A stretch of 64,000 bases of DNA from the NCBI GenBank assembly GCA_937625935.1, contig OW569346.1, positions 558,001 to 622,000 of the forward strand, read 5' to 3'. This document shows, piece after piece, positions 43,106 through 54,495 of the stretch (positions within the stretch are counted from its first letter, which is position 1; each line of letters begins with the position of its first letter). Source of the DNA: Tetramitus jugosus. Lineage: Eukaryota > Protista > Heterolobosea. The notes beneath the pieces are model-generated. The model saw only the letters and a program-made list of their open reading frames with translations, ran no database searches and was not told where the DNA came from. The position numbers and the translations under genes are program-made.

Positions 43106-46100
43106 TTACTTGTTCTTCTTTTTTCGTGCACTTTGGTATGCCTTCTGAGCTTTGCTTGCGGCAGTACCTATTCTACAGTTTCCAACCATAACTGCTGTCG
43201 TGTCGACGTCTGAGATGCACTTCAATAGATTCTGTTCTTTGGTATTATCTTTTGCTTCGTGGATCAAAATATGGAGAGCTTGTTGTCCAGCCTTACCTCT
43301 CTTCATGTTACCAGGCAAGATTTTGACTTTGTACTTGTAGTTCTTGAGAGAGATGTAAGGGGCACACACTGGAATAGCAAATAGGATTACATCGTCTTCG
43401 CGAGGCTGTCCCGTCAGAGAATCAATCTCGCTCAGTTTTTTCAAGTCATCTTCATCCATGTATTGAATGTTCTCTTGTTCTAGCAGCTTCTTAACCTCTT
43501 CCTTCTCCTTCTTTTTCTTTTCGTTCTCAATCTTTTGTCTTTCCAGCTCTAGTTGCTTCTCCTTCTCTTCTTCCTCGATCTGTTTTACCTTGTCCTCCTT
43601 TGTTGTATACTTGTGACCAATCAGCTCGAGACGAAGTTTTCGTTCTTCATCGTCTTGATCTGCGTACTTTCTCAGCTTCTTCCACTTTCCTTTCTTCATT
43701 CCCTTCGGCTTGTGAGTCAGTTCAGATTTATCGGCAACTTGTTCTTTCTTTTCCTTCTGCTCTACTTTGTTGCCTTCCAATTCAGAGGGGAGATCGTCAT
43801 TGAGCAACATTTCCTTAGCTTCATTCTCAGATACGCCCTTCTTGGTGAGCTGCTTCAACTTTCGTTTGTCTTTCGCACTGAGTCCCTTCTTCTTTTTCTT
43901 CTCAGTTTCGATGATTGTGGAAGTTGGCTCCTCTTGGTTCTCTTCTCTGGTTTCTGCAGAGTCTTCCTCTTCTACCTCCTTAATTTCTTCTGTTGTTGTC
44001 TGCTGGTCCGGTTTGGATGGTTCATCTTCGACAATTGCTCGAGGTGAGGTGTTACTTCGAGCAGAGAGAGGTTGCTCTGCGTCGAGTCCACTGTCAGACA
44101 ACACATCTGATCTCTCAATGTCCATATCGCTCATCGTGCTGCTCTGATCCCATGTGCTTCCAGATTCCATACTGACTACGCTGATTGCATCATCACCACC
44201 ATTGTTCAAATCCCTTCGGCGACGCTCACCTAAATGATTCGCAATACTCTCTTCGTCCAACTTGAACATGATTGCCATTCCCATGACCAATTGACTAGGT
44301 GGCAAATAGTTCTTCTTACCTCTAATCATAAATGAACCAGTAGGCAAGTATTCTCCGGTGGGAGCAGACTTTGTGACCTGATTGGCGTGAACCCAGTAGG
44401 CATTGACTACGAATTTGGCATCCCAGGCAGAGGATCGACACACTGTCATCATGGCAGCCTCGTGCAAAGTTTGAGCAGGCACATTTGTTTTTTGTTCTTC
44501 AATAGAATCGGTAGCAAAGTTGAACGCATGATTCTTGATGATACAACTACTAGCACCATGAATATCAGCATGAATGTACACATCACCCTTTCTTAAGTAT
44601 CTCTTGACCAAAATTTCGTTCTGTTGGGCGTCTCTTCCACTGAGAACGAGGTAGTTTTCACTTGTGACGAACCAGTTGAACTTTTCGAACCAAAACACCT
44701 TTCTCATGAGCTTGATATCATTCTTGACGCTCTGTTTCTTCAATGAGTCTTGAGTTTTCTTTTCAGCAACCTTAATTGCTTTGTGTGATGCTGCTACTGT
44801 CTTCTCCTTCTTATCAACAGACTTTTTTCTCAGTGAGTAGTAGTATTGTGCATTGCCGTACGCAGTCATAGAAATGTCGATATCTACCCTGATGGGACCC
44901 ATTTTCTTGCCTTGTTTCTTTTGACGATTCTTATCATTTGAGTCACTGTCGTCACCTGATGATTCATCGTCATCATCCGATTCCTCATCATCACTCTCTT
45001 GATCCTCATCGTATCCATAGTAATCGTCGTCTTGTGGCTGCAGTACCATTGTGATTTGATTTTGATCCAATTTGAGTTGACTAATCGCAGAAGCAATAGG
45101 ATCACCTAGCTTTCTTTGTTGTTTGATCACGCGGTCAATTTCTTCCCAAGAGTACTGAGATGCTCCACTGACTACTATCTCGATCGCATCATCAACCAGG
45201 TCCAAATTTTGCATAATGACCTGAGCCAACACTTCCATCCGTTGTACATCCTCTTGCAATTCATTGATTCTATTCTCTTGTTCCTTGCGCACCTTGACCA
45301 ACTTTTTGAAGGCAGAGCTTTCCATTTGTGATTTTTGATGGTCAATCTTCTTGGCCTCGATAGCACTAAAGAACTCGTCCACCGCATGATCAAACGTATC
45401 AATCTGAATAAATGGTCTGCTCGTGTACTGTTGGAATAAGAATGGCGTAAAATCTTCGTATCTCTCCCGTTGTTTCTCCTTTTCGAGATTCTCCAGATCC
45501 AACTGTTCTTGTTTGGATAATTGATCAGAGGATTGACTGGTGCTGGCACTAGCAGTGGATGCATCGGCAGGTTTCTCATCACTGAGAATAATGTAGCCTC
45601 TGCGAACTTGATCCTCCTTGAACTCAATCACATTGTCCGCTTCGGCATATCCCTTCAATATTTGATCAATCATTTTGATTCCAGGTGCATGATGCTCATC
45701 CACGAGGAACAATTGTTTCAAATCAGTGATTTGGGCCATTTTTTTCGATGGATCCACACCTGCTCTTAACAAAATGTGCTCAGTGAAACCTGGACCGTAG
45801 TCCGTTGAACTGTTGAGAACATTCTTGATGGCCAGAGATTGATTCTGATTCATTTTCTTCTCCTTGTCATCTTGCTTTTGTTGATTGTTGTTGCCGCTGC
45901 TGCTGCTGTTTTTGGATCGCTTCTTTTGTTTGTTCAAATCTTCTCCTCGTGCATCTTCTTCTTCTTCTTCTGCTTCTTCCTCTTCTGCTTCCTGATTCTT
46001 CTCCTCTTCAATTGAAGATGAAGAGATGGACAATGATGCTGATGCTTGTTCTAATTGTTGATCATTTTCATTGTCCTCACCCGTGTACACACTTCTCAAC

Positions 46101-46636
46101 AATGACATGAGCATCTGTCTTGTCATGGGAGTAAACTGTCTTCTCGAAGAAACAGGATACTTTTCTCCGACAGCAAATATGGTTCCCATGCTTTCTTCTT
46201 CCTTCTTGTGCGTACGCAAGAGCACTAGGATTTGATAGTTTGCATCAGTGAGAATAATGTTACCCTTTGCAAAAAACTCGACAATCAAGTGATATGCCTT
46301 CTCTTCCTGACCAAACTGAAAATCAACGACACGATCCACACCCAACTGCTCCACTCGTTCACATCTCCTCGTTCTAATAAATTTTCTAATTTTGATGGTG
46401 AAGGGAGAAGGCATTTGATTCTTGTCTCTCTCGAATTTTGTAGTGTGGAAACGAATGCCTGATTCGACGAGTAAATGAACCTTGTAGTCTGGTTTTGCAA
46501 ATTTGAGCATATAAGTCTTTTGATTAATGTCGTAAATGTTGGCCAAACGAAGACCAATAATGTCTCTCTTTAGTTCAGCTACGATGGCTCTAATGTCCAC
46601 TTGGGACATGCGATTCTTTTGTTTTGTTTTTGTCAT
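43106..46636 (-). CDS. NEMF: Ribosome quality control factor NEMF/Rqc2
   Basis: LRLANIYDI, LLVESGIRFH, GVDRVVDFQFG, FWFEKFNWF, GRDAQQNE, HADIHGASS, GEYLPTGSFMIRGKKN, PVCAPY..YKYKVK. Start at MTKTKQKNRM. Confidence 0.96.
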   Translation of the reverse strand: MTKTKQKNRMSQVDIRAIVAELKRDIIGLRLANIYDINQKTYMLKFAKPDYKVHLLVESGIRFHTTKFERDKNQMPSPFTIKIRKFIRTRRCERVEQLGVDRVVDFQFGQEEKAYHLIVEFFAKGNIILTDANYQILVLLRTHKKEEESMGTIFAVGEKYPVSSRRQFTPMTRQMLMSLLRSVYTGEDNENDQQLEQASASLSISSSSIEEEKNQEAEEEEAEEEEEDARGEDLNKQKKRSKNSSSSGNNNQQKQDDKEKKMNQNQSLAIKNVLNSSTDYGPGFTEHILLRAGVDPSKKMAQITDLKQLFLVDEHHAPGIKMIDQILKGYAEADNVIEFKEDQVRRGYIILSDEKPADASTASASTSQSSDQLSKQEQLDLENLEKEKQRERYEDFTPFLFQQYTSRPFIQIDTFDHAVDEFFSAIEAKKIDHQKSQMESSAFKKLVKVRKEQENRINELQEDVQRMEVLAQVIMQNLDLVDDAIEIVVSGASQYSWEEIDRVIKQQRKLGDPIASAISQLKLDQNQITMVLQPQDDDYYGYDEDQESDDEESDDDDESSGDDSDSNDKNRQKKQGKKMGPIRVDIDISMTAYGNAQYYYSLRKKSVDKKEKTVAASHKAIKVAEKKTQDSLKKQSVKNDIKLMRKVFWFEKFNWFVTSENYLVLSGRDAQQNEILVKRYLRKGDVYIHADIHGASSCIIKNHAFNFATDSIEEQKTNVPAQTLHEAAMMTVCRSSAWDAKFVVNAYWVHANQVTKSAPTGEYLPTGSFMIRGKKNYLPPSQLVMGMAIMFKLDEESIANHLGERRRRDLNNGGDDAISVVSMESGSTWDQSSTMSDMDIERSDVLSDSGLDAEQPLSARSNTSPRAIVEDEPSKPDQQTTTEEIKEVEEEDSAETREENQEEPTSTIIETEKKKKKGLSAKDKRKLKQLTKKGVSENEAKEMLLNDDLPSELEGNKVEQKEKKEQVADKSELTHKPKGMKKGKWKKLRKYADQDDEERKLRLELIGHKYTTKEDKVKQIEEEEKEKQLELERQKIENEKKKKEKEEVKKLLEQENIQYMDEDDLKKLSEIDSLTGQPREDDVILFAIPVCAPYISLKNYKYKVKILPGNMKRGKAGQQALHILIHEAKDNTKEQNLLKCISDVDTTAVMVGNCRIGTAASKAQKAYQSARKKKNK

Positions 46637-47027
46637 GGTTTGTTGTTTGTTGTTTGTTTGTTGGTTTGTTGTGTGTGATGGTAGTGGTTGTTGTTGCGTT
46701 TTTTTTGTCAAGGAGTGCGCGCTGTTTTGGTGCTCATGCTGTTGGTTTGGAAAAATTAGTGAGCATGTAAAATTCGAGAATGAGTTCTGGCTTTTGCCAA
46801 CTTCCAACAAATTTGAATCTTCACACAGAACTTCCACTGTGGTGTGATCCAGTATCAAAGAGAAGAGGAAGGATCACAAACCAATTGCAAAGACCTAAAA
46901 TCCAATGACAGTCATTGTCTCCCAGTCAAAAACAATCTCCATGAAAGATCAATTTGTCCGACAGTCGGAGTGATCCGCAAAACTGCAAAAAACCAGTAAA
47001 AAAAACCGCCAAAATTCAAGCAAAAAA

Positions 47028-50000
47028 ATGAAAGAAGAGAATGATCAACACCAATTTTCACATTCAACAACAACATCATCACAGCACGCTGATGACAACA
47101 TGAACAACAACGAGTATATTATTGGAGATGAACACGGTAGATCATACATTCGAGACCAATTATCCTCCACCACCGATCCCGTTTCTTCCATTCGCTTTCT
47201 CCAGGATCGACTCAAAATTTCTCCGCATTTTTTTGTAACAAACAAGGAGAGTGATGATCAACCAAAGAACAATGAGAATGCAATGCAAATCGATGATGAT
47301 AATGACACTCACAACAATAACGATCAGCACACGGATAATGTTGATCAATTCTCTTCCATTTTTGACTTTACGGATCTGTTGGGCGTGAATCGACATGTAC
47401 TATACAAATCACTCATGAATCATCTGAAACAACAATTGTTGAATCGTTTGGCCACACTCAAAGACACATCTGTGCCTTCATCATCATCATCATTGACTAA
47501 AGCATCTACTGCTGTTGCAAGTACGACCTCTCATACGACTGCTATTACTAGTAATGCGACAATGAACATGTCAAGTACTCTTCCTACTACGTCGAATACG
47601 ATATCTACTGCAAAAACAGCTGCACCATCATCATCATCATCAACAAACAACAACAACAATAATCAAAGCAACAGTGCACGACTCTTACTCGAACAAGCGT
47701 TTCCCTATATTCATATTGAGGAATTGAGGTCGATTGTTCATGAAATTTTGATTGGTATGGGTTCCAACATTCCTCAATCATTTCAAGACAAATTGAAACA
47801 AGATGACGTATTTGTGCACTTGCCAGTGCGAGTCAAAGTTCAACTGTGGCAAAATGATAAATCACTCTTCTTTCACTACTTGGATCAATTGTTGAAGGAG
47901 TATGAGATGACGTATACGGAGCAGTTTGAACTACCGGCATTCAAGTTGCCACTCCTCTATGACATGACCAGTGATTTTACCAATTTGGACATTTATACGA
48001 GTAATTTTAGACGAGTGAACAAATTGCTTGGATCACTTGTGGTGGATGTGCTTCAATTGAGTCCCGACTGTTTGTTCCCCAGTTTTCTGCAGTATTGTCG
48101 GGAGCGCTTTGCACAGCAATTGGTATCGTCAAGCAGTAGTAGCACTCATCATCAACACCATCATCACCAACATCTGGGGAATGGTGGTGGCGCTCGGGGC
48201 ACAATGGTCACAAAACAAGAAGGAGCCTCATCGAGTAGTGCGGATGCATCTTCACATGATAGCAAGCAATTGATCAAGAAGCGCATTCATGCACATCTAA
48301 GGAAGCAAGAAGAGAAGAGTGCTGTCGGAGAATATGATAACACAATTTCTAGCAGTGCCATTCATCACAACACACTTGTTCGCTATCTCGGAGAGTTGAG
48401 ATATGATGTAATTATGACTGCTCATGACAAAAAGATTACTCAGATCCAGCAGACTGATGCTGCTGTTCACAAGTTTTGTTGGTGGATTGATGCTTGGTTA
48501 AGGACAGTGTGCTCTCAAATGCTTCTATTCTTCAACGAGAATTCAACTTTTGATCTAAATAGGAGAAAGCAACACAGCAAACTACCATCCCAACAAGAAG
48601 CCTCTGCTCCACTCACTCCACTATCAGCCAAGCCTCCAGAGATATCATCATCTGGCTCCTCGAACGATTCACTATTTAACATGAAGCAAAACCTGCCACT
48701 CCATGTGCCAGAAATGATTGATGTTCGAAGAGTGAACGAGTTGATGTCTCACTTTGCACAAATGAGCTCAACAAAAGGCAACAAGAAGGATCAACGAGAT
48801 GTCTTATCTGTGAGCAACAATTGGTTAGATGTACAGATGATTATGTGCAGCGCCCTTCACAGTAGTGCTGTTGCCCAGCAATTGTATCACTTGTTGGAGT
48901 TGACTGAGCCTGGGACATTTAATCCTTCTCTGTTGGAGGTTTTGTCCTCTGCTCCTATCTTTGACAAGAAGAGACACGAACCAATTTACACGAGTCAGAT
49001 CACTGTGATCCCTGGGCCAAAGGGCACAGTAAGATCCGCTAAAATGAAAGTTAAAATATTGGGTGGAACATCGAGGCGCTTAGTTCCCGCTCCGAGCAAT
49101 TTCCTAACCGAGACAGAGTGTACACAACTTAACAATTGCATGGGTTTCCTCACTCGCTTATTCCTACTCCAGTCTGACACAAATATTTTATCCCATTCCA
49201 AGTTGCTGACCAATGGCAATGAATCTCTTGCTGTCTCAACGAGTGATATTGGTTTGCCTATGATGGACTTATTTATTGAAAATGACGTATTTCCTTTCAT
49301 TCAACAGCTCATTGCCTCAAAGTTCAACGAAACAGACTATGATCCACAAGTATCCAGTCGCTCTTCCATGCAACAGAGAATGACAAAGGCGCTGAAAGGA
49401 TCGGAGCCAAGTGTGAATCTGTATCGAAAGTTGGTTCTCATTTCAGTGTTACGAATCTTGCAAAATATTCGGATATTGACAATGCCGGCAGATGATGCAC
49501 GACCACACACAATAGAAGAAGAAATATGCATGCAAGCACGTAAGTTAAACTTCTTGGCACATATTTTGTTCTTTAATGATAATTCTTCAGGTTCGGCTTT
49601 GGATCGCAAGACACTAGAACTGAGTCAACTGGGTGCTCGACTCATCAAGACCGAACCTGCGCTGCTCCATACGATACTATCAGAGTGTGAGAGACTGGTG
49701 GACCATCTGAAAGCTTGCCAGGAGTATCACGAATCTAGTAAGGCATTCGTGTGCTCTGCCAACTCGATCCTATCACTTCTGCACATCTTTTGTGAAAAAT
49801 TATCGGTCATCTATCTAGGTAAGCTGTCCCACAAGCATTCCTCACTGCGCTACCAAAACCTGTCCATGCACCTGATTCAAGTCTTGCTTAAACTAGCTTC
49901 TGTGAGTCATGAACTCGCTGTTGCTGGTCATAGTATCGAACAGGAACAGTCAAGGAAATCACAAGCAGACAAGGCACAATCAGAGCAAGATCGAACAAGA

Positions 50001-50732
50001 AAACCTGTTTGGACGCTAATGGCCAACGCTCTGCGGGAACAGGTTCAAAACATACTTCAGTTCTTTGCAACGCAACCTGATGCAGCAATGCCCGAAGCCA
50101 TGAAGCATTTCATCAGACAAACACAAGACGTTTTACAAGCACCTGTGCAAGAGCAGGAGAGAATAGACACGAGAATTCAAGAGAGCAGGAGACAACAAGT
50201 TGCTGTGCATCACGTACCCACTGCACCATCCATGATGAACCCAAACATGCCTTACAACACCTATCCACCTGGGCCTTATGGCCGTGGTTATCCACCAAGA
50301 AACTATCCATCGCCATCATACTATCAATCACCTCATCCATACCAACGTGGAGGGTACCGAGGTGGATATGGACGTGGTGGATACCGAGGAGGTTATCGTG
50401 GAGGTTATCGCGGTGGTTATGGAGGTGGTGGACCGCACTACGACAACTATCCTCCACCATCAAGAGGAGGTTATTATCGTGGTGGATATAGTGGTCCCTC
50501 GTACAGGGGAGGCTATCAAAATGCTGGATTCTCATCAGGCGGTCATTCTCCCATGCAATACTCTCCACAGCAGTACCCTTATGGTGGACCACCACAAGGA
50601 CCAGTTGGCATGCCACCAAGAAGCCCTCCACAGTACGAGTACGATGATACACAATCTGGTGTATCACCACCTCAACAACAACCACAACAAGGTACAGAAC
50701 ATCATCAGGACAACACATCGCCCCAACAGTAA
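47028..50732 (+). CDS. NELFB: Negative elongation factor B (COBRA1)-like protein with C-terminal RGG/Tyr/Pro-rich tail
   Basis: Collinear with metazoan NELF-B motifs as I recall them: LSSTTDPVSSIRFLQ, DLLGVNR, LLEQAFPYI, VKVQLWQNDKSLF, LRYDVIMTAHD..D..HKFCWWIDA. Confidence 0.8.
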   Translation: MKEENDQHQFSHSTTTSSQHADDNMNNNEYIIGDEHGRSYIRDQLSSTTDPVSSIRFLQDRLKISPHFFVTNKESDDQPKNNENAMQIDDDNDTHNNNDQHTDNVDQFSSIFDFTDLLGVNRHVLYKSLMNHLKQQLLNRLATLKDTSVPSSSSSLTKASTAVASTTSHTTAITSNATMNMSSTLPTTSNTISTAKTAAPSSSSSTNNNNNNQSNSARLLLEQAFPYIHIEELRSIVHEILIGMGSNIPQSFQDKLKQDDVFVHLPVRVKVQLWQNDKSLFFHYLDQLLKEYEMTYTEQFELPAFKLPLLYDMTSDFTNLDIYTSNFRRVNKLLGSLVVDVLQLSPDCLFPSFLQYCRERFAQQLVSSSSSSTHHQHHHHQHLGNGGGARGTMVTKQEGASSSSADASSHDSKQLIKKRIHAHLRKQEEKSAVGEYDNTISSSAIHHNTLVRYLGELRYDVIMTAHDKKITQIQQTDAAVHKFCWWIDAWLRTVCSQMLLFFNENSTFDLNRRKQHSKLPSQQEASAPLTPLSAKPPEISSSGSSNDSLFNMKQNLPLHVPEMIDVRRVNELMSHFAQMSSTKGNKKDQRDVLSVSNNWLDVQMIMCSALHSSAVAQQLYHLLELTEPGTFNPSLLEVLSSAPIFDKKRHEPIYTSQITVIPGPKGTVRSAKMKVKILGGTSRRLVPAPSNFLTETECTQLNNCMGFLTRLFLLQSDTNILSHSKLLTNGNESLAVSTSDIGLPMMDLFIENDVFPFIQQLIASKFNETDYDPQVSSRSSMQQRMTKALKGSEPSVNLYRKLVLISVLRILQNIRILTMPADDARPHTIEEEICMQARKLNFLAHILFFNDNSSGSALDRKTLELSQLGARLIKTEPALLHTILSECERLVDHLKACQEYHESSKAFVCSANSILSLLHIFCEKLSVIYLGKLSHKHSSLRYQNLSMHLIQVLLKLASVSHELAVAGHSIEQEQSRKSQADKAQSEQDRTRKPVWTLMANALREQVQNILQFFATQPDAAMPEAMKHFIRQTQDVLQAPVQEQERIDTRIQESRRQQVAVHHVPTAPSMMNPNMPYNTYPPGPYGRGYPPRNYPSPSYYQSPHPYQRGGYRGGYGRGGYRGGYRGGYRGGYGGGGPHYDNYPPPSRGGYYRGGYSGPSYRGGYQNAGFSSGGHSPMQYSPQQYPYGGPPQGPVGMPPRSPPQYEYDDTQSGVSPPQQQPQQGTEHHQDNTSPQQ

Positions 50733-50778
50733 ACGAGCATTCTCTTGTGTTTATGCGAAATCCAAAATTATTATTTAT

Positions 50779-53700
50779 TTAGAGTGAATCAACGTTAACA
50801 CTGAACAACTTGATGTGCTTGGCTGAAAACATGTCTGTGTGCTTCAAATAGATCAAACCCCAGCAATAGGTTAACAGATAGGTATCAATTCTCTCGGACG
50901 TCACAAATGTACGAACAATAATGGTGTGCGGTACAGGAAGAAGTCCAACCAGAGTCGATTTCTTGATGTGATTCAATACATCGTCTTCTGTGGCCATCTG
51001 TCTTGAGCACAGTCTTTCAACCTCAGGATTCAAAATATTAATCATTGTAAGCACAGTTGTTAGAGGCAATCGAGGTTTCCATGAATCAACCCACTGTTGA
51101 GTTGGCATAAACAATAAACGTTCTGGCAGTGGGAACTCACGCTTCTTCTCCCGTTCTACAATGAACTGGCTAATCTTCTCCAAGTCAGGCTTCTTGCTCA
51201 ACTCATGGAATACGTTGGCTCGTCTCATGATTGAGTATATGATATGTGGATTGCCTTCATATTGATACTGAATGATGTTATTGAATGTTTCAAGCAATAG
51301 GCTAATGTAGTGGCAATTCTTCTCGGATGTGTACAGGTATTTTGGTGCTGCTAGTGCTTCAAACAAGTTCACAAGCTTCAAACTGGCAATCATGCTCATT
51401 GATTTAACATAAGGGGAGATGTTGGCAATCACAGTGAGCAAGCAATCGAACAATGGCTTCATGATTCCCTTGTCTGATGTAATACATTTGCACAAGGCCT
51501 AATAAATTCATGGTAGCAAAAAAGGGATAACCGCCGAAGTGTCAATAATGAATTGATTCAATCAAGTCATATAATGGAGAAAAAAAGAAAAATATACTAC
51601 GTACCACGATCAACAAGTCTGAGAATGATCCTTGCACTTGCACCTCTAATGGTATCTTGATATCGATTGGCCTGTTGAGAGCAACACTGAATTCGCGATG
51701 ACCACTGAGCAACAACAAAATAAATGATGTCATTTGGACGAGAGGGAACTTGGTGGCATCCTTGCCTTCTGTCTGGAGCAAGAACAGCAATGGGATAATA
51801 AATCTGGAAATGTCACCATCTCTGCAGATGAAAATTCTAAAGTTCTTGTTCGTTTGCAACACCTTCCAGAAGCAAACCAACAACTCTTCATAAAATGGAA
51901 TCAGACGCTGTGATCCTGGCAGATATGTATTGTGTGCATCCACAAGATTGTTCAAATTTCTAGCAAAACCATTGTACATGTAAGACAGATCATCATCCTG
52001 ATCAATCGACTCAAGTACCTGTCTGGCCTTGTTTCCATGCTCGGCATCTGCTGGATTGTGGTGCAACAAGAGAGTCAACATATTCAATGACAATTCAACC
52101 ACCTTTTCATCATAATCTGTCATGAGCTGAGTTGTGTAAGGAAGAGATCCACGTGGATCATACTTCAGAACTGTGTTCAACAATGAATAGACAACATCGG
52201 TAATGAATGGCATTTGACTGGACACTGCAACACTCAAGAACTTGTTTTCAACTGTCACACATTGGTCGACTGTTTACACATGTGAGTTGTGTTAGTAAGT
52301 ATTCGTTCGAATCGAAACAAAATGACACATTCATTAATAATAAAGAAAGTTGACACATACCTCTCAAGTACAACACTTGTGAAAAACAAGCCAACAAGCA
52401 TCTTAACACATCATATCTGTTGTTCATCTGTTCTGAAGTAGGAGCATAATTGGTGTTCAACATTCCGACACCTGCATGCCACAGGAACTCAGTGTTGAGA
52501 ACATTTGGCTTCATTGGTTCTTCGGACTTGAGTTGGAAAACAGGAACAGTGAACTGAGGGATAAACATGGATCTCATCAATGTGTCTATCATGACATGCG
52601 CCAAGGTCTCATTCAACGGTTTGTCTCCAATATGTACCACTTGGATCAACGTCTTCTTGTACTCTTCAAAATCGAATTCTGAACTAGATGATGTTGCCTC
52701 TTGTTTCTCATCAGCTGACTCAGTGACGTTCGTTGCTTGCTCCACTGCTTCCTCGCTCTGATTCTTGCTTGCTTCAGCAGTGTTTTCTTCAGCGCTCTGT
52801 TCCGATGGAGTTGGCTCTGTGCTAATCTCACTCGACTCAACAGGAATTTCCTTCTTTGTTTCTTCTTCGACATTTGAAACAGCAGAGGTTGATGTGGCTG
52901 GAGTAGTAGTAGCAACAGGAGCGGCAACAGTCGTACCCTTGTTGTTCTTCTTGTTCTTTTTTCCCTTCTTTCCAGCTGATTTTTGCTGTTGCTGTTGCTG
53001 TAGCAAGAGTTGTTGTTGTTGCTTCTTCTTCTCTTCTTCCTCTGCTGCAAGTTTTTTGCGTTGTTCCTCTGCCAATCTCTCCTCCTCCTCTTGCTTCTTC
53101 TTTTGTGCTTCTGCTTCTTGCTCTTCAATCAGTTTTAATCGCTGTTTTTCTGCTTCTTCTTCTTCTTCCTCTTGTTGCTTCTTCTTCAACTGTAGTTGTT
53201 GTTGTTGTTCCTTGATTTGTGCTTCTTGCTGGACCAACAATTGTTCAAATCGCTTATCCTTCATCAAACCATATGTTTCACTGTACTTTTTCATTTGATC
53301 AATCCATTCACCAGGAATCTTCTTTGGTATTCTATTGTCAAAGAACAAGAGTTGAACAAAATTGTCGTCATCGTGCTCAAACACAAATGGAAGAATTCTC
53401 GACAATAAAAAGAGAGAATTGCGAGCACTGGTGCACTCGGCTGCAATGTTGCGCGGCAAAGAGAACAAGTGCAATTGTTCAATACTCTATAGATTTGGTT
53501 AGAGAATGGAACACACATGAAAAAGACAAACAGAAGAGACAGTTGATATACATATCTATATATCTATATATATATAAATGTAGTTACCTTGAAAATAAGA
53601 GTGGCCAAGTTTTCTGGTTGAGCACTACGGAGTCCACGCACATCCTCTGGTGTAATCAATGCAAAAATATCCTGAACGGACAGGGGAGAAATGAACAGGA

Positions 53701-53794
53701 CACTCCAAAATTTGTGATCAGTTGGTTTAATGACCTGTTTCTCTAGAGTGTTGATTCTAGATTTAAATTCAAGCTTACTATCTCCAGCACCCAT
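50779..53794 (-). CDS. HID1: HID1 (dymeclin-family Golgi protein), 4 exons
   Basis: Introns 53487-53587, 52252-52360 and 51499-51604. MGAGDSKLEF myristoylation start, PENLATL, SRILPFVFE, LLLLSGHREFSVALN, NISPYVKS, NIIQYQYEGN, GLLPVPH, IKLF. Confidence 0.93.
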
Positions 53795-54007
53795 TTGTTG
53801 TTGTTGTTGATGTTGTTGATGATATGGTTCTTATTCTTTGTTGATGATTGTTGTTGATGTTTTACGTGAAGGTCTCAAAATGGTTTTTAATCGCTACAAT
53901 CCAATTTTGTGATCCAATCGATTCTTTTTTTTTGTACAATCGGCGCGGCAAATTCCTGGGTTCGAACACGCAAAAAGAACAACAATATTCCTTTGTGAAA
54001 AGTGAAA

Positions 54008-54402
54008 ATGGATTCAGAACAAGTGGCAATGCAGAACACGATTGAGGAACCAACAAGGAAGATGACCTATGTGGTGACAACATTTGAGAGTGACGGCATT
54101 GTGGATGCTGAGGAATTGAAGGAACACATTGAAGAATTCATTGAAGAGAAGAGACAAGTGGCAAAGGGAGCACGACCTCTGAAGGGTCGCATGAGCCGTC
54201 AAGAGCTATTGGACACGCTAAAGGGATTCGGTGAGTGGTTCAAGGGTTGGGCAATTGATGTCTTCTTGTTCCGCTTGTTCGATTGCTTAATTGTTGCCTT
54301 TTTGCTTTACCTGACAAAGAAGCACCGGTGGTTGAACCGTATGCTTGGTTGGATAATTGAATAGATGTGCACTGGCGACAGAAGATGCGCGAAGCTTTTT
54401 GA
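54008..54402 (+). CDS. Small hypothetical protein (about 86 aa), 2 exons
   Basis: Exons 54008-54230 and 54365-54402; intron GTGAGT..TAG gives ...LDTLKGFDVHWRQKMREAF*. AATAAA follows shortly after the stop. Confidence 0.6.
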
Positions 54403-54495
54403 TAATCATAATAATAAATTATTTTGTTCGTTTCTTGAGCAGGTATATGAGTATTATATCGTTTCGAGTTGGTTGCTGTCTGTGTGGAGGATTAC

